Assembly: GCA_021513695.1 (NCBI GenBank)
Contig: CP084166.1
Location: forward strand, 1,408,001-1,472,000
Source: Candidatus Heimdallarchaeum aukensis
Lineage (GTDB): Archaea; Asgardarchaeota; Heimdallarchaeia; Heimdallarchaeales; Heimdallarchaeaceae
Length of the DNA stretch: 64,000 bases
Direction of reading: 5' to 3'
Below are positions 18,863-29,184 of the stretch, one piece after another (within the stretch, counting starts at the first letter, position 1; the number at the start of each line of letters is the position of its first letter). Both the position numbers and the translations under genes were made by a program. The notes below the pieces were generated by a model. The model saw only the letters and a list, made by a program, of their open reading frames with translations. It made no database searches and had not been told where the DNA came from.

Positions 18863-19981
18863 ATGAAAATTGGATTGTGTTTTTTCCCTAAAGTCGGAGG
18901 TTCAGGAATTGCTGCAACACAGCTAGCAATTGAACTTGCAAAAAAGGGACATGAGGTAATTGTTTTTACATATGACACTCCTTTCTTACTTCGCCAATCA
19001 AGACATGAAAACATACAATTAATGCTTATAGACCTTGTTTCATATCCTCTCTTCAAAGATATAGGATACCCCTATACTATTTTAAGCGCAAGTAAGTTTG
19101 TTGAAGTCATAAGAAAGGAGAAACTCGATGTTTTAAATGTACATTATGCTATACCAGCTGGTGTTTCTGCTTATTTAGCTAAAGAAATAACAGGTATTCC
19201 AGTTGGAATCACAGCTCATGGTAGTGATATACACATTTTAGGAGTTGATCCTGCTTATAATTCTGTTATGAGTCATGTTTTTGAAAAAACTAATGGAGTA
19301 TCAACGGTTTCCGAATATATGAAAAAAGAAATACACAAACATTTTCTTAAGGATAATGATAAAATTCATGTGATTTATAACCCTATCGACACAGAGCGAT
19401 TTAAAAAACAAGAAGTAAAACAATGCGACTTTAAAAAACTGTTCAACAACTATTTCATTCATGTTTCAAATTTCCGAAAAGTCAAAAATGCTCCTTTTAT
19501 TGTTAAAGCTTTCTCAGAAGTACTTAATCACAACGATGATGTAGGATTAATTATGGTTGGAGAAGGCCCTGAAAGAAAAGATTGTGAAATTATTGCAAAA
19601 AGTCTTGGGATTGAAGATCATGTGTTATTTCAAGGAGTTAGATACAATTTAGCCCCACTTTACAGTTGTTCTTCAGCTTTAATAAGTGCAAGTGAGAATG
19701 AAAGTTTTGGTTTAACATTAGCTGAAGCAATGGCTTGCGAAACACCAGTTATTGCGTCTAGAGTGGGCGGAATACCAGAAGTTGTGGAAGATGGAGAAAC
19801 GGGCTTATTATTCGAATATGGAAATAAAGATCAATTAGTAAAACATATGCTTACATTACTAGAAGACAAAGAATTAGCAAAAAAAATGGGTGTAAAGGGA
19901 AGAAAGAGAGTATTAGAAAACTTTCGATGTGACAAAATCGCAGACCAATATATACAATGGTATGAAACCCTAATTGACTAA
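18863..19981 (+). CDS. Glycosyltransferase family 4 (GT-B, group 1)
   Basis: C-terminal 'ENESFGLTLAEAMACETPVIASRVGGIPEVVEDGETGLL' is the EX7E GT4 signature. Confidence 0.85.
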   Translation: MKIGLCFFPKVGGSGIAATQLAIELAKKGHEVIVFTYDTPFLLRQSRHENIQLMLIDLVSYPLFKDIGYPYTILSASKFVEVIRKEKLDVLNVHYAIPAGVSAYLAKEITGIPVGITAHGSDIHILGVDPAYNSVMSHVFEKTNGVSTVSEYMKKEIHKHFLKDNDKIHVIYNPIDTERFKKQEVKQCDFKKLFNNYFIHVSNFRKVKNAPFIVKAFSEVLNHNDDVGLIMVGEGPERKDCEIIAKSLGIEDHVLFQGVRYNLAPLYSCSSALISASENESFGLTLAEAMACETPVIASRVGGIPEVVEDGETGLLFEYGNKDQLVKHMLTLLEDKELAKKMGVKGRKRVLENFRCDKIADQYIQWYETLID

Positions 19982-20022
19982 TTTTTTCATTTTATTAGTT
20001 CTAGCTTCTTTAGGACATATTA

Positions 20023-21642
20023 CTAAACATGAGTATTTAGGAACTGGATTCCACCAACGGGCGAATATTTAGAATATTGACGTTTATAAGCTCTTAAGTA
20101 ATCTGATAAGCCAGTGATACTTGCTAGACAAAACCAAGGATAACTTACTTCTTGCCAAGTTTTTTTACTGGTATAGATTCCCCACTGCCAAGATTTTAAC
20201 AATGATACTTTTGAAGTGGGAGAATCATCTACTTGCTTTATTTTTTCTAACTTTTCAAGAATAAACGCTCTAAGACTTTTTGCATTTTCAAAAAGTTTAT
20301 CTTTTTCATTTTTCTTTTTTGCTTTAGAAATTTGCCCCAGAAGTTTAAATAATTCTGGTGTGATTAAGCTATATTCCTTCAATTCTGGAGAATTACTCAT
20401 TTCTTCTATCCAATTGGAATTGTAAACCATTCTAGTATATTTTAATAATACGGGAAATTGAACACCAAGCTTTCTAACTGCAGGAATGACTTGAGCATTA
20501 TAATTTATCTCCCCGGGCCCAGATACTCTCAGATACACGGGCATAACAGATTGAAGTGTTGCTTGATTCGTATCTAACCTTGCAGCCAAATTTCTCGCAT
20601 AAGGTTTTAAATTTATTTTCTCTTTGTCAATATCAAAACTTATTTCTTGACCGTCAATTTTACACTTGCCTGAAAAAATTAGAGAATCTTCTTCTTCTTT
20701 GCAAGACAAAACAACCCTATGTCCATTTTCACACTCATAGAAAAAGGGTGAATAATCTTTTTCTTTTTTTGGAGTAGTAGGACGTAAACCGAGAGAAAAA
20801 AGTTTGTTAGAAGCTTTATTGAATTCTTCAATATATTCATCTCTTCTTTTAAGAATAGGTTTATATCCTTTTACAAGTAGTTCTCTGATTTCAGGATGAG
20901 AAGTTGGAAATAATACAAGCCCCCAATCGTTGATGATATTTGCTTGGATTCCATAAATTAAAGCAGCCCAATCACCAAAAGAAAAAGAAGAACGATAAGT
21001 TTCTCTCATGAATGTAAGTATATGTTCTACCCTCTCAAGGAAAAGATTTTGCTTTTCTTTGGGTAAAAGAGATCGAAACTCGAGAAATATGTTCTTTATA
21101 ACCTTTAAGTTCTCATCTAACCAATCAAAATTTCTCATTGAAATTGCAAAAGAAGCAATATTTTCTTGAATGCTAATTAAAGAAATAGGTTTAGTAAAGG
21201 AAGTTTGGGCATTTGGTATGTGAATTGTTGTGATTTCAGGCTGAACCACATCATGAGTATTAACTAAAAAAACAGGTGATAATTTACGCCCATACTCTTT
21301 ACTTAATTCTGAGAGTGTAACAGTAGCCGCAATTTTATTACCAATTAGACTTACTCCCCCAAAAATCGTTGCTTGTTGACCTGCTAAAACAACGCCATTG
21401 TTAATATTATGAATATTGGATCTAACTCTATCTGTAAGTAGACCCAACTTTTCATGATATGATAATAATATTTTCTTCAAAGATTCAACAGTATTTGTTT
21501 CAATATATACTTCTGGAAGTTTACTTACTTTTTCCAGAGCTTCATGAAAAGTTTTAGGAACAAAGTTATAAAAGTACTCTAAATAAGGATGTTTTATATT
21601 TTCCCAGATGTATGAAGAGTATAAATCACCTGCTGTATTCAT
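20023..21642 (-). CDS. Hypothetical 539 aa protein
   Basis: Long ORF with balanced composition. No motif that I can assign confidently. Confidence 0.45.
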   Translation of the reverse strand: MNTAGDLYSSYIWENIKHPYLEYFYNFVPKTFHEALEKVSKLPEVYIETNTVESLKKILLSYHEKLGLLTDRVRSNIHNINNGVVLAGQQATIFGGVSLIGNKIAATVTLSELSKEYGRKLSPVFLVNTHDVVQPEITTIHIPNAQTSFTKPISLISIQENIASFAISMRNFDWLDENLKVIKNIFLEFRSLLPKEKQNLFLERVEHILTFMRETYRSSFSFGDWAALIYGIQANIINDWGLVLFPTSHPEIRELLVKGYKPILKRRDEYIEEFNKASNKLFSLGLRPTTPKKEKDYSPFFYECENGHRVVLSCKEEEDSLIFSGKCKIDGQEISFDIDKEKINLKPYARNLAARLDTNQATLQSVMPVYLRVSGPGEINYNAQVIPAVRKLGVQFPVLLKYTRMVYNSNWIEEMSNSPELKEYSLITPELFKLLGQISKAKKKNEKDKLFENAKSLRAFILEKLEKIKQVDDSPTSKVSLLKSWQWGIYTSKKTWQEVSYPWFCLASITGLSDYLRAYKRQYSKYSPVGGIQFLNTHV

Positions 21643-21917
21643 TAAAAAGCATTAAATGTAAATAGATAAGAATGTTCTGTTACGACAAAGGATATTTACA
21701 TGCTCTCTTTTTAAATAATAAGAATTCTTCTCTATACTTTTTACAACTCTTTTTATAGATTTTTACTTTTCATTTTATTTGAAATACAGTGTTTTTAATT
21801 TTTGTTAAGATTCGCTTACAAAATCACTTAAGACTCAATAATTATCTATCTTCTTAACATACTTTGTCATGTAAGGATAGTCACTTTTGCAAAAAAGTTT
21901 TAAATGAATAATTCTTA

Positions 21918-22118
21918 ATGTCTCAAGAAGAAAATCGAAGTTTTCTTAAAGGTGAGAAAATGGCAAGAGTAGAATGTCCTAAATGTAAGAGTTTAAACGT
22001 AAAAGAGGTAGAAGACAAGAGCAAAGTGATTGCATACTTTAATCACGTACCAGTCTATAAGAAAAAGCTTGTGTGTAAAGACTGTACATACGAATGGTAT
22101 CCTGATGAGAAAGAATAG
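21918..22118 (+). CDS. Small zinc-ribbon protein of 66 aa
   Basis: 'CPKCKS...CKDCTYEW' is a four-Cys zinc ribbon. Confidence 0.4.
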   Translation: MSQEENRSFLKGEKMARVECPKCKSLNVKEVEDKSKVIAYFNHVPVYKKKLVCKDCTYEWYPDEKE

Positions 22119-22171
22119 AGAACTCTACCTTTAAAACCTTTTTTTATAATTTTCAATGGATAAAATTATAT

Positions 22172-22894
22172 TTATAGTCCTTTTGATAGTCTATTTATTA
22201 AAAATTCGTTAAATCCATTTTCTTTCATTTTCTCTTGTGTAGTTTGTATATCATACTCTAATCTAACAAGTTCATAGTCAAAATTCAATGTTTCTTCATC
22301 AATATTAAAAACCATAAAAGAAGCGCGAGGATCGCCATCTCTTGGTTGACCAACTGAACCAGGGTTAAAAAGATGTTTTCGTCCAACAACAATATGTAAG
22401 GGTTTATGTGTATGTCCCAAAAATAGAAAATCTATCTCTGTAAAATCATTAGAAATTTCAAAAAAAACAGTATAAGTCCATGAAGGAAGATCGGGACTGA
22501 CATAATCTTTTAAGGGACTTCGTGGAGAACCATGCACAAACATTGCATTTTCTCCACTTCTACTAAAAGGGAATATGGAATAAAATGGAAGTGAACCTAA
22601 CTTCTTTTTTTCATAATCACTTAATACATCTCTAGTCCAAAAGAAAGATTCTTTTGGAATTTCATTGAAATGTGCGTATTCATTCTTGTAAACAGCATAA
22701 TCCCAATTGCCTATAATCTGAATGTTAGCCTTTTTTTCAACTAAGTTTAAGCATTCTTTAGGATTAGGACCATATCCTACTATATCACCTAATGAGATAA
22801 TGATATCCGGAGATAAATCTTCAATATAATCTAGTACTACAGTTAGTGCTTCTAGATTACTATGAATATCTGAAATTATTGCGTAAGTTTTCAT
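22172..22894 (-). CDS. Calcineurin-like metallophosphoesterase (YfcE/MJ0936-like)
   Basis: 'AIISDIHSN', 'LGDIVGYGP', 'GNWD' and 'LGHTHKP' are the phosphoesterase metal-binding motifs. Confidence 0.8.
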   Translation of the reverse strand: MKTYAIISDIHSNLEALTVVLDYIEDLSPDIIISLGDIVGYGPNPKECLNLVEKKANIQIIGNWDYAVYKNEYAHFNEIPKESFFWTRDVLSDYEKKKLGSLPFYSIFPFSRSGENAMFVHGSPRSPLKDYVSPDLPSWTYTVFFEISNDFTEIDFLFLGHTHKPLHIVVGRKHLFNPGSVGQPRDGDPRASFMVFNIDEETLNFDYELVRLEYDIQTTQEKMKENGFNEFLINRLSKGL

Positions 22895-22997
22895 TAGTTG
22901 ACACTTATAATTGGAAAAATGGTATTCAATATTTAAAAATTTTTAAGGTACAATTAAACAAATAAAAAAGAATAAAAGGAACAAAGTTTTCAAAAGG

Positions 22998-25430
22998 TTG
23001 AATAATATGGCATTCGATGATTTAATATCCTACTTTTGGTCTTATGTTACATCAGACACCAAAATTATCTTAGGTCTTTTTATCGCGTTAATTGGGCTTA
23101 TTTTTTTAATTTCAGAGGTTTATACAAAACTAAAACATGACACAACTAGCGAAAACATGGTATTATCCGCAATTGTGCTAATATTTGGTTTAATTTTATT
23201 TTTCCTTCAAGATTGGTTAATAGCAATAGCATTTAGTTTCTTCATTTTAGCAATTTATCAAACATGGCAATTAAGAGAATCTCCTGTATGGAGAGAATTA
23301 ATGATCACTTCAGTAGCTACTTATTTTGTATTTTTAGTAGGGACAGTTGCTGACAAAGTTTACGAAATTGTTAAAGGAGAAGAAACAGAGATATTTACTG
23401 GTTGGGCTTACAATTTAATGATTTATGTTTTCCTTATTATGGCTTTAATTTTCTTCGGGAAAAAGTTCATTTTAGTAACAAGGTTTATGTCTCCACAAAT
23501 ATTGTATCTAACACTGTTTGCATTTGCCTATCTCGCGTTATGGACAGTTGGTAAATTTATTCCAAATTTTGACAATCTCACTTTAAATTATTTACCTATA
23601 AATCCTGAGATTTCAAAAAGAATTATTTTTCTTTCTTTTGGACCTTATGAAATAATAATCATTTTATCATTTTTCTTATATTTTATTTCAGGTTGGCTAC
23701 TTGACTTATTATTAGGAATAAAACGTACAGATGATGAAAGATTAAGGAAACTAGTCTATGAAGTTAAAGAAAAATTAGGGATTAAAAAGCAAATAAAGAT
23801 CGGAACAGTGAAAGCACCTATTCTCAACGCAATGGCTTATGGTCCTTTTTTTGATCAAAGAGTAGCCTTTATTTCTAATGATTTGAGTGAATTTAGCGAC
23901 GATGATATCAGAGGAATAGTCGCACATGAATTAGCCCATAACAAGAGAGCACATGTTGTTTGGCTACAAGTAATTTCTTCAATGGAGATGATAATAAAGA
24001 AGGCATTCTTGCTTCCTGCAACAACACTAGATTATGCTGTAGTAAAAGAAAATATTCCTTTCATCCAATATTTCTTTCTTAGTTATGGAATTATTGCTTT
24101 TTTGATGATATTTGTTAGAATCATGGAAGGAGATGCAGATAGGAAAACAAAGGAAATTGGATATGGAATAGAACTAGCTCAAGCACTATACAAGTTAGAA
24201 GGATTTTATCAAGGAATAGCTGGAGATTTCGGATTAAATGTGCAACTTCTAACAGGAAAAGAATTTACAGAATCAGAGAAACTTCGTTTTAGAGGAGAAG
24301 CAGCTATCTCTCTGTATACTCAATTATATAAACCAAGTAGATGGGCGATGTTCTCAAATATTTTCATGTCTCACCCAAGAACATCATTCAGAATTGTAGC
24401 AGCTATTGATGATAGCCTATCCCCAGTAAAAGGTGCATTATTACCCTATTGGTTAATTTTACCTAATTTCATAAGAAAAAAAGCTGTAAAGGACCTAACA
24501 AAGAAGAGAGACACATTTGATGAATTAATATCAAGCAGATTTAGAGAATACTATGGGAGTGAAGGTGTCAAGCAATTCTTGGAAATAACCCATGTAAATG
24601 AATTATATCAAACTTATCTAGGTAAAAATGTTGTTGCGTTCGATAAGACAGAAAATACAATTATTTCTGGGAAAGCAGAAGAATTAATAATTAAAGAATC
24701 GATTTGCCGTCCTTTACAACTACTCATTATTACAGAAGAAGGAGAGCGACCAATATATGTAACCGATTACGTCATTAATGAAGCTGAAATAGGTAAAAAA
24801 TATATCCTAAAAAATGGAAAAATGGGAGAACTAAAATCCTATATCGTTAAAGAAAAAAGCAACAGACCTATCTTCATTCTTGTTGATCACAGAGAAAAGG
24901 AAGTAAAAAGTTATTCAACAGGAAAATCGCTTGATTATTTACTTTCTAAAGTTAATCAACAATTATTCATTTACAAAGATGGAATTGATCAGATTATCAA
25001 GTTATCAAATATTAAAGTTGCTGAAACTTACGATGAAACAATATTTGATTTTGAGGAAACAAAAGGAGAACACTTTACTGTAAAAGGAAAAGAGCTTATC
25101 ATTGAATTTCCTCCAGTTCTATTAAGGATTAGAGGTAAAAACAAAGAATTGCGCTATCAACTATTAGAAGGATTAAAAGGTATGTCAGTCATTTTATACA
25201 CAAAAGAAGAGATAGAAGTAGGAATAGCTTGCAAGATTAAAGATATTGAAGAAGATAAATTAACTTATGAGACAAGAGAAGGAGAGAATAAAGTACAAAT
25301 AAGTAAAATAGACTATGTTACTGTGTATGCAGACAAACCAAAACTGTTCCTGAAAAAGCACTTAAGCGCAATTGATAGATTTCTTATCTGGTGGGAAAAT
25401 AAACATAATGATAAATACATTTTCCCCTAA
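22998..25430 (+). CDS. Large polytopic membrane protein with an embedded M48/HtpX-type zinc metalloprotease motif
   Basis: 810 aa. The N-terminal ~480 aa have multiple transmembrane segments and 'IVAHELAHNKRAHVV' (HExxH). A ~330 aa soluble C-terminal extension has unknown function. Confidence 0.6.
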   Translation: MNNMAFDDLISYFWSYVTSDTKIILGLFIALIGLIFLISEVYTKLKHDTTSENMVLSAIVLIFGLILFFLQDWLIAIAFSFFILAIYQTWQLRESPVWRELMITSVATYFVFLVGTVADKVYEIVKGEETEIFTGWAYNLMIYVFLIMALIFFGKKFILVTRFMSPQILYLTLFAFAYLALWTVGKFIPNFDNLTLNYLPINPEISKRIIFLSFGPYEIIIILSFFLYFISGWLLDLLLGIKRTDDERLRKLVYEVKEKLGIKKQIKIGTVKAPILNAMAYGPFFDQRVAFISNDLSEFSDDDIRGIVAHELAHNKRAHVVWLQVISSMEMIIKKAFLLPATTLDYAVVKENIPFIQYFFLSYGIIAFLMIFVRIMEGDADRKTKEIGYGIELAQALYKLEGFYQGIAGDFGLNVQLLTGKEFTESEKLRFRGEAAISLYTQLYKPSRWAMFSNIFMSHPRTSFRIVAAIDDSLSPVKGALLPYWLILPNFIRKKAVKDLTKKRDTFDELISSRFREYYGSEGVKQFLEITHVNELYQTYLGKNVVAFDKTENTIISGKAEELIIKESICRPLQLLIITEEGERPIYVTDYVINEAEIGKKYILKNGKMGELKSYIVKEKSNRPIFILVDHREKEVKSYSTGKSLDYLLSKVNQQLFIYKDGIDQIIKLSNIKVAETYDETIFDFEETKGEHFTVKGKELIIEFPPVLLRIRGKNKELRYQLLEGLKGMSVILYTKEEIEVGIACKIKDIEEDKLTYETREGENKVQISKIDYVTVYADKPKLFLKKHLSAIDRFLIWWENKHNDKYIFP

Positions 25431-25538
25431 TTTATTTGCTTTTTTCAACTTATAATTTTCTTCTTTTTTGTCGATAGATATTATTGCGATATTATTTCAA
25501 TAATTCTTAATAATATAAATAAAGCTTAAAACATTTAA

Positions 25539-25898
25539 TTGAGACCTATGGAAGCAAAGCAAATACTAAGAGAACAGTTTAGTGAAAGGAAACTTAATGT
25601 AAGCGAAAATGTTCGAATAAGAATGGGAAGAAAGGACTATAGAGTAGACTTCTATTTGAAAGATTATAAAATAGGTATTATTACTTTAGACTGGAATAGA
25701 ACTATTCCTGTGAGTAAGATTTTACAATTGGAAAGAGTCAAACATGCATTAAAGTTGAAAAAACTAATTTTAGTATGCAATTCTATCAGTGAAAATGCAA
25801 AGGAATTTTTGACATATAGAAATCAGATCAATATACAAGTTGTTCATTCTTCAGAGATAGTAAAATTTGAAAGAAAGATTGATGATTTTGTCAGTTAG
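25539..25898 (+). CDS. Hypothetical 119 aa protein, possibly with a PD-(D/E)xK-like nuclease fold
   Basis: Small alpha/beta protein ('YRVDFYLKDYKIGIITLD'). The fold assignment is a guess. Confidence 0.35.
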   Translation: MRPMEAKQILREQFSERKLNVSENVRIRMGRKDYRVDFYLKDYKIGIITLDWNRTIPVSKILQLERVKHALKLKKLILVCNSISENAKEFLTYRNQINIQVVHSSEIVKFERKIDDFVS

Positions 25899-26930
25899 TT
25901 ATATATAGAAGTCTAAAGTTCTTTGCTTCGTTAGTGGAATCGCATCAAATCCTCTTCTTTTTAATTCAGAAGCAAAATTAAGAGAAGAACCATAGATTGT
26001 ATACACTTTCCGAGGATTACATCGTTCTACAATTTCAATTAGTTCATTAAAATCGGCATGGTCACTAATAACTATCCCATGGTCGATTGACATTTGAAAC
26101 TTATATCTAGGAAAATTACACCAACCAGAAAAGGCAAATAATTTAACATTATATTTTGACCTCAAATGTTTGAGAAAGCCGTTTCTTCCACTCATTAAAG
26201 GAGAAAACAAAATCCAAGGTTTTTCGTTTGCTAATAGATTATTCTTTTTCATATATTCATAGGAATTATAATTAAAACATATATTCGGGTTAACTGACTC
26301 TAGTATTTTCTGGATTTTTAGATTCGAATCATGTAAAATCAAATTATCAGAAAGATTAGAGAATTTTTCATATAATATTTGGGCTTTACCATAAGGATAA
26401 CCCATCAGCACTACAGGAATATTTTTTGATAAATAGTCCTCAATGAGATCTTTCGCTCTTTTAATCTCTTCTTCAAAAGGTGGAAATTGGTACTTAGGTT
26501 CTCCAAAGGTAGATTCAATGATTAACGTATCACAGTCTTTGGGTTGAAAAGGTTCAATTAATTTTCCTTTTCTTTGAATAGAAACATCACCAGTGTAAAT
26601 TATCCTTTTATCATTAGAATCGATTTGTAAAGCTGTAGAACCAACGGTATGTCCACTTGGAATTTGAGTAAATTTCACCTCTTCAAATTCTAAAAATCTA
26701 ACGAAATTGTTTGCCTTTAACCTTGGAAAAAAGTGTTTTAATAAAGATTCAGTGTAAGAACTACTAAGAATAACAGTATTTTCTAAAACAGATCTAGTTG
26801 TATGATCAGAGTGAGCGTGACTTACAAAAAGTAGATCTGTCGTATTTTTTCTTGTGACATCACAAGTAATAGACCAAGCTCTATCAGTTATTTGAATACC
26901 AGAATTCTTTATAATCTTCATTTCAACCAA
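25899..26930 (-). CDS. Metallo-beta-lactamase-fold hydrolase
   Basis: 'FVSHAHSDHT' is the HxHxDH motif. Later His/Asp residues and the 343 aa size fit an MBL-fold nuclease or hydrolase. Confidence 0.7.
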   Translation of the reverse strand: MVEMKIIKNSGIQITDRAWSITCDVTRKNTTDLLFVSHAHSDHTTRSVLENTVILSSSYTESLLKHFFPRLKANNFVRFLEFEEVKFTQIPSGHTVGSTALQIDSNDKRIIYTGDVSIQRKGKLIEPFQPKDCDTLIIESTFGEPKYQFPPFEEEIKRAKDLIEDYLSKNIPVVLMGYPYGKAQILYEKFSNLSDNLILHDSNLKIQKILESVNPNICFNYNSYEYMKKNNLLANEKPWILFSPLMSGRNGFLKHLRSKYNVKLFAFSGWCNFPRYKFQMSIDHGIVISDHADFNELIEIVERCNPRKVYTIYGSSLNFASELKRRGFDAIPLTKQRTLDFYI

Positions 26931-26967
26931 TTAAACGTAAGAATTCTTAAGAAAAAAAAAGAAAATA

Positions 26968-27618
26968 TTATTCAAGTGGTATAGAAACTACCATTATGTC
27001 TTTTTCTTCTACTTCATCTTTGACTATTTTCTTTATGACATCTTTTGCTAATTCTTCCATCTCTTCAATTGTTAAATCTTCTTTGTACTTTTCTTTAAGA
27101 ATGGAAATTGCTTCTGTATCTCCTTCTCCTATTGCTTTTGCTTTTACAGAGATTACTCCGCCACCAGGGTCTACATAATACAGAGATGATCCTGTATCAT
27201 CTACTCCTCCTATCAACAATCCTACTCCAAAAGGCCTTACTCCTCCTTGTTGAGTGTAAAGTTGGCAGTAATCTCCAATTTTTGTAGATAATCCCTTAAT
27301 ATCTGTTGGGAGATCATAGGTCATTCTAAATATTTGAGCTTCTAGTCTTGCTCTTGAAATTAGTACTCTCCCATCTGCAGCTACTCCTGCAAAGGTTGCA
27401 TATACTTTTTCATCTATTTTATGTACTTTGGCATCTGGTTCGTTTAAATCAACGACTCTTAATAAGCCAGCTAGTACAACACCATTTTTACTCTTTATAC
27501 CTACTGCTATGCTTCCTCGTCTTACGGATTCTCTTGCATATTCTACTTGTATCAATCGTCCTTCAGGACTATACATGATTGAAGTTCTATCATATCCCAT
27601 TGATTGTGGACCTAACAT
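26968..27618 (-). CDS. psmA: Proteasome alpha subunit
   Basis: The N-terminal 'YDRTSIMYSPEGRLIQVEYA' alpha-subunit signature is present. 216 aa. Confidence 0.9.
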   Translation of the reverse strand: MLGPQSMGYDRTSIMYSPEGRLIQVEYARESVRRGSIAVGIKSKNGVVLAGLLRVVDLNEPDAKVHKIDEKVYATFAGVAADGRVLISRARLEAQIFRMTYDLPTDIKGLSTKIGDYCQLYTQQGGVRPFGVGLLIGGVDDTGSSLYYVDPGGGVISVKAKAIGEGDTEAISILKEKYKEDLTIEEMEELAKDVIKKIVKDEVEEKDIMVVSIPLE

Positions 27619-27619
27619 T

Positions 27620-28306
27620 TTATAACTCCTCCAATATTTTCTTTATCTCTTCTTCAGTTAACCAACGGATTCCATCTTTGTTTACAACCAATGCATCCAT
27701 ACCATTTCCAGTTGCTGTATCTCTGCTAATTGAAGTTGATAGTGCTCTTAGTCCTAGTTTAATTGCTTCATCTTCTGTAAGACCTTCTTTCCAGAAAGCT
27801 TCTAATACACCATAAGAGAAGAGCGAACCTGAACCTGTTGAAGCATAGTCTTCATCAATTATTGCACCAGAAGCATCCAAATTATAAACGTGAGGACCAT
27901 ATTTATCTAGACCACATACTAACATTGCAACATAGAACGGCATGTAAGATCTAAACTGTTCATATAGTATAGAAGCAAGAAGATTTCCTGCCATTTTTGT
28001 TGTTGGGGGATAACCTCTGTTTAGTTCATATAGATTTAAGTTAGCTTTAGTAAGGTTAACTAAATATTGGGCATCAGCTACTAAACCAGCGATCGTTGCA
28101 ACAGTATAATCATTTAATTGGTGGAGCTTTTTAGCTCTCTTCGAAGCAACGAAGGTTCCTGCAGAAGCTCGTCTATCAGTAGCAACAACAACACCATCTT
28201 TAAATCTAAGAGCAACAGTAGTTGTCCCTTTCATTGGATTTTCAAATGGATTTTGTTGTCCATAATTATTCATCATATTCATTTTCAAACCTCTATTTTT
28301 TTTCAC
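27620..28306 (-). CDS. psmB: Proteasome beta subunit (with propeptide)
   Basis: 'GTTTVALRFKDGVVVATD' contains the catalytic Thr after the propeptide. It lies immediately upstream of psmA with a 1 nt spacer. Confidence 0.9.
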   Translation of the reverse strand: MKKNRGLKMNMMNNYGQQNPFENPMKGTTTVALRFKDGVVVATDRRASAGTFVASKRAKKLHQLNDYTVATIAGLVADAQYLVNLTKANLNLYELNRGYPPTTKMAGNLLASILYEQFRSYMPFYVAMLVCGLDKYGPHVYNLDASGAIIDEDYASTGSGSLFSYGVLEAFWKEGLTEDEAIKLGLRALSTSISRDTATGNGMDALVVNKDGIRWLTEEEIKKILEEL

Positions 28307-28458
28307 TAATAATGTGATTGTTTCTAAATATCAATTATCTTTTTCCTTTATAATGACTCACTTTTTACAGATTTTGAGTAAGTAAAATGAAGAATTATAA
28401 GAAATACTCACAATTCGTATATAAAGATATATTTATTATATTTAATAACATTTGAATA

Positions 28459-29154
28459 ATGAATGCAATGAATCTGCATAGAGATGATTTTGAGAAATTC
28501 CAATATAGTGAGCCTAACTTAGGAAACTTACCATATGACTTTTTTTACTCAAATGAATATAATTACATTACACTCCCTGAAGTGCAAGTTCTCTTTGCTT
28601 TATCAGATTCAAGTGTATCATATACATTCTCCGGACTAAGAAAGAAAACTCAATTACATCAATATAAAATCTCTAAATCTTTAAAAAGGTTACAAGAGCG
28701 AGACTTAATTGATAAGGAACAAGATGGAACTTATTCCTTAACAACAAAGGGAGAAGAATTTTCTCGAAAACTAGTCAAGGAACTATTAAAAAGAAAAAAT
28801 ATTTCTTATGAAAAATATGACGATTTTCAAACTCAAAGGGTAAAATTATTTACAAAAAGAAGTTTAGACCAACATTATATTAAAAATAAGCTTTATGGAC
28901 GTTGGTTTGGTGACTTCAGGTTTTTATACGCTAAAGAAGATGGAAAAAGTTTGAAACTTTGTTGGGAAGATACAGAAAATTGGCAAATAACTTTAGAGAA
29001 CACTTCGAATAACCAGTTGTACATCCAATTTAATCACAGAGATTATGAAAAAACGAAAATTGACAACTTCACTAACTGGCTATCAAAAGAGTTACTTACA
29101 GAAGTTGATATTCCATCTTATTCAATAGATAAAGAGTCAGAAGTCTACAATTAA
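28459..29154 (+). CDS. Hypothetical protein with a winged-helix (MarR/PadR-like) DNA-binding region
   Basis: 'YKISKSLKRLQERDLIDKEQDGTYSLTTKGEEF' resembles a wHTH recognition helix plus wing. Confidence 0.4.
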   Translation: MNAMNLHRDDFEKFQYSEPNLGNLPYDFFYSNEYNYITLPEVQVLFALSDSSVSYTFSGLRKKTQLHQYKISKSLKRLQERDLIDKEQDGTYSLTTKGEEFSRKLVKELLKRKNISYEKYDDFQTQRVKLFTKRSLDQHYIKNKLYGRWFGDFRFLYAKEDGKSLKLCWEDTENWQITLENTSNNQLYIQFNHRDYEKTKIDNFTNWLSKELLTEVDIPSYSIDKESEVYN

Positions 29155-29184
29155 CTTAAAAAATCATAATAAACCTTTTTTGAT

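Noticed and set aside
20216-20777. Two ~70 aa plus-strand ORFs inside the 539 aa minus-strand hypothetical gene
   Set aside because: They are embedded antisense, have low complexity, and lack an RBS.
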